6,110 nucleotides of DNA, from positions 1 to 6,110 of the IMG/VR virus record IMGVR_UViG_3300045988_003432; one strand, 5' to 3'. The position numbers and the translations under genes were made by a program. Positions 1 through 3,342 of the stretch are shown here, piece by piece (positions within the stretch are counted from its first letter, which is position 1; each line of letters begins with the position of its first letter). The notes under the pieces were generated by a model. It made no database searches. It saw nothing but the letters and a program-made list of their open reading frames with translations, and was not told the origin of the DNA. This DNA comes from a virus.

Positions 1-99
1 TCTATTCGTGCAACCGAATACCTTCAGCGCTGGAAAGAAGTAGTCCAATTCAGTAGCAAGGATTATTCAGACCAGATGGCTGCCCAGTTTGGTATTAAA
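1..99. repeat. Terminal redundancy, copy 1. Identical to 6012-6110 and best explained as the assembly overlap of a circular genome.
   Basis: Base-by-base comparison: tctattcgtgcaaccgaataccttcagcgctggaaagaag...ggtattaaa occurs at 1-99 and again at 6012-6110 with no mismatch. The VP1 reading frame is continuous across the junction. Confidence 0.97.
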
Positions 100-759
100 G
101 CCCCCGAGTACATGGGCAATCATGCTCATTATATTGGAGGCTGGTCTAGCGTAATCAATATCAATGAGGTAGTTAATACTAATCTTGATACCGATTCTTC
201 ACAGGCTTCTATTGCCGGTAAAGGTGTGTCTAGTAATTCAGGCTACACTCTTACTTATGATTGTGGTGCTGAGCATCAGATTATTATGTGTGTATATCAT
301 GCTGTACCTATGTTGGATTGGAATTTAACAGGCCAGGCTCCCCAGTTGACTGTGACTGCTATCTCTGACTTCCCCCAACCTGCGTTTGACCAGCTTGGTA
401 TGCAATCTGTTCCTGCTCTTAATCTTCAGAATAATCCCGGTCGTAATGTTTCCGGCGCTCTTGGCTATAATCTCCGTTACTGGCAGTGGAAATCTAACAT
501 TGATACTGTCCATGCCGGTTTCCGTGCTGGTGCTGCTTATCAGTCTTGGGCTGCTCCTCTTGACGGTTGGCAAGTGTTGACTTCCGCTGGTGCTTGGTCT
601 TATCAGTCTATGAAAATTCGTCCGCAACAGTTGAATTCTATTTTTGTTCCCCAAATTGATGCTGCGAACTGTTCTGTTGCTTTTGACCAGTTATTGTGTA
701 ATGTTAATTTCCAAGTATATGCTGTACAGAACTTGGACAGAAATGGTTTACCTTATTAA
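1..759 (+). CDS. VP1: Major capsid protein VP1 (F-like), 3' portion. It continues from 5040..6011 by circular permutation. Full gene is 1731 nt, 576 aa.
   Basis: The frame is open from base 1 (SIRATEYLQRWKEVVQFSSKDYSDQMAAQFGIKAPEYMGNHAHYIGG...), so the ATG at 76 in the ORF track is internal. Stop TAA at 757-759. The segment R..YLQRW.E......DY.DQ....FG......Y.G...YIGG matches the conserved C-terminal half of Microviridae capsid proteins. The frame (1 mod 3) matches 5040 after subtracting the 6011-nt unit length. Confidence 0.93.
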   Translation, partial: SIRATEYLQRWKEVVQFSSKDYSDQMAAQFGIKAPEYMGNHAHYIGGWSSVININEVVNTNLDTDSSQASIAGKGVSSNSGYTLTYDCGAEHQIIMCVYHAVPMLDWNLTGQAPQLTVTAISDFPQPAFDQLGMQSVPALNLQNNPGRNVSGALGYNLRYWQWKSNIDTVHAGFRAGAAYQSWAAPLDGWQVLTSAGAWSYQSMKIRPQQLNSIFVPQIDAANCSVAFDQLLCNVNFQVYAVQNLDRNGLPY

Positions 760-770
760 TTTGTATTGTT

Positions 771-1211
771 ATGAGAAATTTTGCTTATAAAAATCCCGAT
801 TACATCAAAAATGAGATTGTTCCTCAATTGGTTGAGGATAATCCGTGTTATCAACAGTCTTCATATGATTCAGTTATGTACGATGAGTCTCCAGACGGTG
901 ATTTGATTCAAGCTGATATGACCCAGATTCTGCTGAATCAAGAAAAATATCGTCGTTTGCTTGGCGATATGAATGTTCAGAACATCCTTGCTCAAATGCA
1001 TCCTACTCAATCCACTGTTATGGATGGTATGACTGATGAAGAACGTTTTAATTGCGTTATTTCTCGTCATTGTCAGACTATGTCGGAACGTCAAGCTGTT
1101 CTTCAACAACTGGCTAGCGAGAAGTCAGAATTATCGGCTTATGCTGAATCTTTATTGGCAGAGAATAAGGCAGCGCCGTCTTCGGATTCCGCATCTGCCT
1201 CTGAAGGATAA
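771..1211 (+). CDS. Hypothetical 146-aa acidic protein, possibly a scaffolding-type protein (speculative).
   Basis: ATG at 771, 11 nt after the VP1 stop. The TAA stop (1209-1211) shares its last A with the VP2 ATG (TAATG). It shows the NNT codon bias of neighbouring genes. By my count about 23 D/E versus 11 K/R. No motif I can recognise. Confidence 0.6.
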   Translation: MRNFAYKNPDYIKNEIVPQLVEDNPCYQQSSYDSVMYDESPDGDLIQADMTQILLNQEKYRRLLGDMNVQNILAQMHPTQSTVMDGMTDEERFNCVISRHCQTMSERQAVLQQLASEKSELSAYAESLLAENKAAPSSDSASASEG

Positions 1212-2305
1212 TGGGCTTATTTGATGCTATTGCTTCTTCAGCTGCAAACCTTACCGACAATGTTGTCGGTATGGTTAATCAGAATCATCAGAATAAGGTT
1301 AACCTTCGTATGATGCGTGAACAAAACGCATTTAACGCTGAACAGGCTCAAATTCAACGTGATTGGCAGCAACAAATGTGGGGAATGAACAATTCTTATA
1401 ATTCTCCTGATGCTATGATTTCTCGTGGTTTGAATCCATTTGTTCAAGGTTCAGCTGCTATGGCTGGTTCTAAATCTCCCGCTTCGGGAGGAGCTGCTGC
1501 TACTGCCGCTCCTGTTCCTAGTATGCAAGCTTATAAACCTAATTTTTCTGGTGTATTCCAATCTCTTGCTTCTCTTGCTGAAGCTAAGGCCTCTGAGGCC
1601 GCAGCTGGCGAATCGGGTTCTCGTGCACGTCAGACTGATACGGTGACTCCTCTTTTGTCTGATTATTATAGAGGTCTTACTAATTGGAAAAATTTGGCTA
1701 TTGGTTCTTCTGGTTACTGGAATAAGGAAACAGGTCGTATATCTGCTGCTCTGGATCAGTCTACTGAAGCTCAAAATTTGAAGAATGCTCAGTTTGCTGA
1801 ACGTATATCGGCTGCCCAGGAAACTCAAATCTTACTTAATTCTGAAGCACAACGTGCTATGAATAGATATATGGACCAGAGTCAACAAGCTGATTTATTT
1901 ATTAAGGCACAAACTTTGGTTAATCTTCAGAATCAAGGTGCTCTTACGGAAAAACAGATTCAGACTGAAATTCAGCGCGCTATTCTTGTTTCTGCCGAGG
2001 CTTCTGGCAAGAAAATTGATAATCGTACTGCTTCTGAAACGGCTAATTCTTTAATTAAGGCTGCTAATGCTTCCAATGAATTGCAGTATCGTGATAGTAC
2101 GTATGATTACAAGAATACCAAATTGCGTAAACATACGGAATATAAAACTTCTATGGCAAATCAGAAAGCTGCTGAATATGGAGCGGAATTGGCTCGTAAA
2201 CAAGGCCGTACTCATTATTGGGACTCTGTTTCTCGTGGTCTTGGTTCTGTTGCTTCTGGTTCTGGTAATGTTATTGGCTCATTTCGTATTGGTAATCGTA
2301 AGTAA
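1211..2305 (+). CDS. VP2: Minor capsid / DNA pilot protein VP2 (H-like), 364 aa.
   Basis: The N-terminal block NAFNAEQAQIQRDWQQQMWGMNNSYNSPDAMISRGLNPF resembles the conserved FNA.EAQK.RD.Q..M......Y......M...GLNP signature of Microviridae VP2 proteins. It is followed by an Ala/Ser/Gly-rich linker and a Q/A/E-rich segment likely to form a coiled coil (about nt 1750-1990), as expected for a tube-forming pilot protein. It sits directly after the capsid gene block. Confidence 0.8.
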   Translation: MGLFDAIASSAANLTDNVVGMVNQNHQNKVNLRMMREQNAFNAEQAQIQRDWQQQMWGMNNSYNSPDAMISRGLNPFVQGSAAMAGSKSPASGGAAATAAPVPSMQAYKPNFSGVFQSLASLAEAKASEAAAGESGSRARQTDTVTPLLSDYYRGLTNWKNLAIGSSGYWNKETGRISAALDQSTEAQNLKNAQFAERISAAQETQILLNSEAQRAMNRYMDQSQQADLFIKAQTLVNLQNQGALTEKQIQTEIQRAILVSAEASGKKIDNRTASETANSLIKAANASNELQYRDSTYDYKNTKLRKHTEYKTSMANQKAAEYGAELARKQGRTHYWDSVSRGLGSVASGSGNVIGSFRIGNRK

Positions 2306-2309
2306 TTGT

Positions 2310-2337
2310 ACATTTATTAACATTTGTAAACACATTT
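2310..2337 (+). repeat. Three phased ACATTT direct repeats (2310-2315, 2320-2325, 2332-2337) just after the VP2 stop.
   Basis: Read directly: tgtACATTTattaACATTTgtaaacACATTTata, with 10- and 12-nt spacing, about one helical turn. The sequence is certain but function is unknown. The confidence value refers to a functional iteron role. Confidence 0.3.
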
Positions 2338-2387
2338 ATACTTATTCTCTTTACCCCCGGCTGAAATAGCACACTTCAGGACTAGAA

Positions 2388-2434
2388 GCCCATCGCGGCG
2401 TTTGAGCGATATACACCCGCCGCCCGCGTAGGGC
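2388..2434 (+). other. Stem-loop A (GC-rich).
   Basis: gccc-at-cgcgg (2388-2398) pairs with ccgcg-ta-gggc (2424-2434): 9 bp with a 2-nt internal mismatch. A mutually exclusive alternative pairs gcggcg (2395-2400) with cgccgc (2418-2423). Confidence 0.5.
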
Positions 2435-2446
2435 CTGGTCGAAAAA

Positions 2447-2492
2447 CGGAGCGGAGCGACTTCCTTATAGGAGCGTTCCGCTCCGGTATTTT
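2447..2492 (+). terminator. Candidate intrinsic (rho-independent) terminator for the VP4-VP1-VP2 transcription unit (stem-loop B).
   Basis: 2447-2458 pairs with 2474-2485 (12 bp, one G-U). A2459 is bulged, then 2460-2463 pairs with 2470-2473 around the 6-nt loop cttata. The stem is followed by g-tatttt (2486-2492) and preceded by gaaaaa (2441-2446), so the element looks bidirectional. It lies 142 nt downstream of the VP2 stop. The U-tract is short (4 T). Confidence 0.45.
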
Positions 2493-2493
2493 A

Positions 2494-2535
2494 GCACGGA
2501 GTGCGCAAAGGCAGGTTCTATCTGACCTGCCGTGC
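2494..2535 (+). other. Stem-loop C with a 12-nt asymmetric bulge.
   Basis: ggcaggt (2510-2516) pairs with acctgcc (2525-2531) around the loop tctatctg. gcac (2494-2497) pairs with gtgc (2532-2535), leaving ggagtgcgcaaa (2498-2509) unpaired. An alternative register pairs gcacgg with ccgtgc. Confidence 0.5.
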
Positions 2536-2536
2536 C

Positions 2537-2552
2537 TATACACCCCTGTATA
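2537..2552 (+). other. Small AT-rich hairpin TATACA-CCCC-TGTATA.
   Basis: tataca (2537-2542) is the exact reverse complement of tgtata (2547-2552), with loop cccc. Its 5' arm is part of the second TATACACCC direct-repeat copy. Confidence 0.4.
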
Positions 2553-2555
2553 CAT

Positions 2556-2570
2556 CCACTTGTTAATTAA
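2556..2570 (+). promoter_or_regulatory. Candidate plus-strand origin nick motif CCACTTG/TTAATTAA (speculative).
   Basis: CCACTTG followed by an AT-only palindrome TTAATTAA. As I recall it, the phiX174 origin core is CAACTTG^ATATTAATAAC, nicked after the G by the HUH protein A. The heptamer differs at one base and AT-rich DNA follows in both. The element sits next to a hairpin in the only large non-coding region. Confidence 0.2.
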
Positions 2571-2597
2571 GCGAAGCCCCTAGTTGCGTACGAAGTA

Positions 2598-2620
2598 AAT
2601 TCGAGTTATCCTCTCGAATT
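2598..2620 (+). other. Stem-loop D (perfect 8-bp stem).
   Basis: aattcgag (2598-2605) pairs with ctcgaatt (2613-2620) around the 7-nt loop ttatcct. No T-run follows. It is enclosed by a possible 7-bp long-range pairing, agttgcg (2582-2588) with cgcaact (2643-2649). Confidence 0.45.
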
Positions 2621-2686
2621 CTCCATCTCTTGTCTATAAACGCGCAACTCACACTCTACGGTATAATCTAAAAAAAACAGTTTTCT

Positions 2687-2717
2687 TTTGGTTTGATGAA
2701 AATAATCTGTATATTTG
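2687..2717 (+). promoter_or_regulatory. Candidate Bacteroides-type promoter (-33 TTTG / -7 TAnnTTTG).
   Basis: TTTG at 2687-2690, then a 19-nt spacer, then TATATTTG at 2710-2717. This fits the TTTG ... TAnnTTTG architecture described for Bacteroides sigma-AB promoters. It lies about 50 nt upstream of the first ATG-initiated ORF after the gap (2768). It was the only exact TAnnTTTG I noticed in the intergenic regions. Confidence 0.45.
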
Positions 2718-2767
2718 CTCCCAGTTAGAAGTTACAATCGTTATTAACACTTAAAATTGTTACAATT

Positions 2768-2962
2768 ATGCAGAAATTTATTATTTCAGTTAAGGAAAAA
2801 ACTACGGGTCGCGATGCTATTTCGCCTTATATCGTTAATTCTCTCGATGGCCTTGGAAATTATTCTGAACGAGTTTCTCCGTTGGGCCTTATTGTTATTG
2901 TGGATTCAATTAAAGAAGAGAACTATTTCGTTGAACTTAAAACTCAAAGTGATGAAAAGTAA
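2768..2962 (+). CDS. Hypothetical protein, 64 aa.
   Basis: ATG at 2768, first gene after the candidate promoter. NNT-biased codons like the other genes, roughly neutral charge, and no recognisable motif. The stop TAA is at 2960-2962. Confidence 0.5.
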   Translation: MQKFIISVKEKTTGRDAISPYIVNSLDGLGNYSERVSPLGLIVIVDSIKEENYFVELKTQSDEK

Positions 2963-3035
2963 TAGTATTTGGAAGATTGTAATTGGAGCTGTTTCCGCTG
3001 CACTAGGCTATATTTTAAACGCTATTGGTCTATGA
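2952..3035 (+). CDS. Possible 27-aa single-pass membrane peptide (MKSNSIWKIVIGAVSAALGYILNAIGL), a holin-like candidate.
   Basis: ATG at 2952, overlapping the last codons of the 64-aa ORF. The stop TGA at 3033-3035 overlaps the ATG (3032) of the peptidase gene as ATGA, which suggests translational coupling. 14 of 27 codens end in T, matching the genome bias. It has a short K-containing N-terminus followed by about 19 hydrophobic or small residues. It is too short for statistical support. Confidence 0.3.
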   Translation: MKSNSIWKIVIGAVSAALGYILNAIGL

Positions 3036-3340
3036 ATAGTGCTCTTATGGATTTTTTTGAACACCTGCTGTGTTTCAACTTGCATTTTTCGGTAACAAGT
3101 GCTAAGCGTTCTATTGCTGAAAATAAAGCTGCTGGAGGTGTTCCTAATTCACAACATTTGGTTGGAGAAGCTGTTGATATTAAACCCTATGGTTCTACTA
3201 CTTATAACCGGTTGCTTGAACATATTCATAACTATTCAGATAGCGCTCATGTGTTTGATCAACTGATATTGTATCCTACGTTTATTCATATTTCGTTTGG
3301 TGATCGTAACCGTCGCCAAGTCATTGATACCCGTAAATAA
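3032..3340 (+). CDS. Peptidase M15-family zinc D-Ala-D-Ala carboxypeptidase-like cell-wall hydrolase (endolysin candidate), 102 aa from the first ATG.
   Basis: The sequence contains FSVTSAKRSIAENKAAGGVPNSQHLVGEAVDI, with an exact SxHxxGxAxD motif (S40-D49). H42 is at nt 3155-3157 and D49 at 3176-3178, giving H-x6-D. Downstream are EHIH (ExxH-like, 3218-3229) and FIHISF (His at 3287-3289) as candidate third ligands. The ORF-track start at 2969 is a TTG that adds a Cys/Trp-rich 21 aa. ATG 3032 is the first ATG. The protein is shorter at the N-terminus than typical M15 phage endolysins. Confidence 0.85.
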   Translation: MNSALMDFFEHLLCFNLHFSVTSAKRSIAENKAAGGVPNSQHLVGEAVDIKPYGSTTYNRLLEHIHNYSDSAHVFDQLILYPTFIHISFGDRNRRQVIDTRK

Positions 3341-3342
3341 TT

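Noticed and set aside
2388-2540. tRNA, tmRNA, CRISPR repeat or known ribozyme in the GC-rich island.
   Set aside because: I could not draw a cloverleaf with T-loop or anticodon geometry, and there is no GGTTCGAATCC-like T-arm. There is no repeat-spacer periodicity. There is no hammerhead core, meaning CUGAUGA with a correctly placed GAAA. The tgatgaaa at 2694-2701 lacks the surrounding helices.
2498-2552. dif/XerCD-like attachment site. GTGCGCA (2501-2507) resembles the E. coli dif XerC arm GGTGCGCATAA, and TGTATA (2547-2552) equals the E. coli dif spacer.
   Set aside because: The two pieces are 40 nt apart. Neither is flanked by a matching 11-nt partner arm (nothing resembling TTATGTTAAAT) at 6-8 nt spacing. 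The Bacteroidota dif consensus is not something I can recall reliably. It is worth a database check but is not supported here.
2385-2579. 7-nt direct repeat GAAGCCC (2385-2391 and 2573-2579, each next to CTAG) bracketing the GC island.
   Set aside because: Some exact 7-mer pair is expected by chance within a roughly 300-nt region, and no inverted repeats or other transposon features accompany it.
2630-2667. Sigma-70-like TATAAT at 2662-2667.
   Set aside because: The best -35-like hexamer (TTGTCT, 2630-2635) is 26 nt upstream, which is far outside the 16-18 nt spacing. The likely host group uses a different promoter consensus.
2671-2690. A8 run followed by a T-rich tract (aaaaaaaacagttttcttttg) as a hairpin or terminator.
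   Set aside because: The only pairing is aaaac with gtttt around a 1-nt loop, which is sterically implausible. More likely it is AT-rich or bent DNA upstream of the promoter and part of the -33 region.
2969-3031. 21-aa N-terminal extension of the M15 peptidase (MEDCNWSCFRCTRLYFKRYWS) given by the ORF track.
   Set aside because: The codon at 2969 is TTG, not ATG. The extension is Cys/Trp-rich and unlike M15 N-termini, and it competes with the 27-aa peptide frame. The first ATG (3032) with its ATGA overlap is more plausible, but the longer form cannot be excluded from sequence alone.
2757-3035. 92-aa ORF starting at TTG 2757.
   Set aside because: It has a non-ATG start. Its first roughly 65 codons are the +1 frame of the 64-aa ORF, with the Leu-rich artefact composition. 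Only the C-terminal 27 codons (from ATG 2952) lie in otherwise unassigned sequence, and those are listed separately as a low-confidence peptide.
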